From Lingula anatina (Eukaryota; Animalia; Brachiopoda), in the NCBI GenBank assembly GCA_051362555.1, contig CM120645.1, positions 21,762,001 through 21,826,000 of the forward strand: 64,000 bases of DNA, given 5' to 3'. How positions within the stretch are numbered: position 1 is the stretch's first letter; every line of letters starts with the position of its first letter. Positions 63,981 through 64,000 of this stretch are shown piece after piece. The translations under genes and the position numbers were made by a program. Below the pieces are notes generated by a model, which did not search any database, was not told where the DNA came from, and saw only the letters and a list, made by a program, of their open reading frames with translations.

Positions 63981-64000
63981 AAGAGAGGGTATCTATGTTA

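Overview
AT-rich, intron-rich animal genomic DNA; the gene and repeat content suggests a marine invertebrate, probably a lophotrochozoan, but this is inference. From left to right the window holds: (1) the 5' part of a minus-strand multi-RRM gene (PARP14/PARP10-like), one coding exon of which is interrupted by a 1.3-kb TIR element whose ends happen to create GT and AG splice signals; (2) a complete 12-exon ABTB1 gene (484 aa) in which one intron consists largely of tandem copies of its own donor and acceptor sites; (3) a non-coding 4-5-copy segmental repeat; (4) a plus-strand secreted protein with signal peptide, EGF-like domain, two micro-exons and a bacterial-type PPC-like domain; (5) a truncated CR1/L2-type LINE; (6) a five-member PAN/Apple + fibrinogen-C (FReD) cluster with two intact, one splice-damaged and two pseudogenised copies, interspersed with nested DNA transposons (Tc1/mariner, Academ-like, Kolobok-like, Zator/Harbinger-like) and unusual CGAG-bulged hairpins; and (7) three tandem GNAT acetyltransferase genes. 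All exon models were built by eye from GT/AG signals and phase continuity. No database searches were run.
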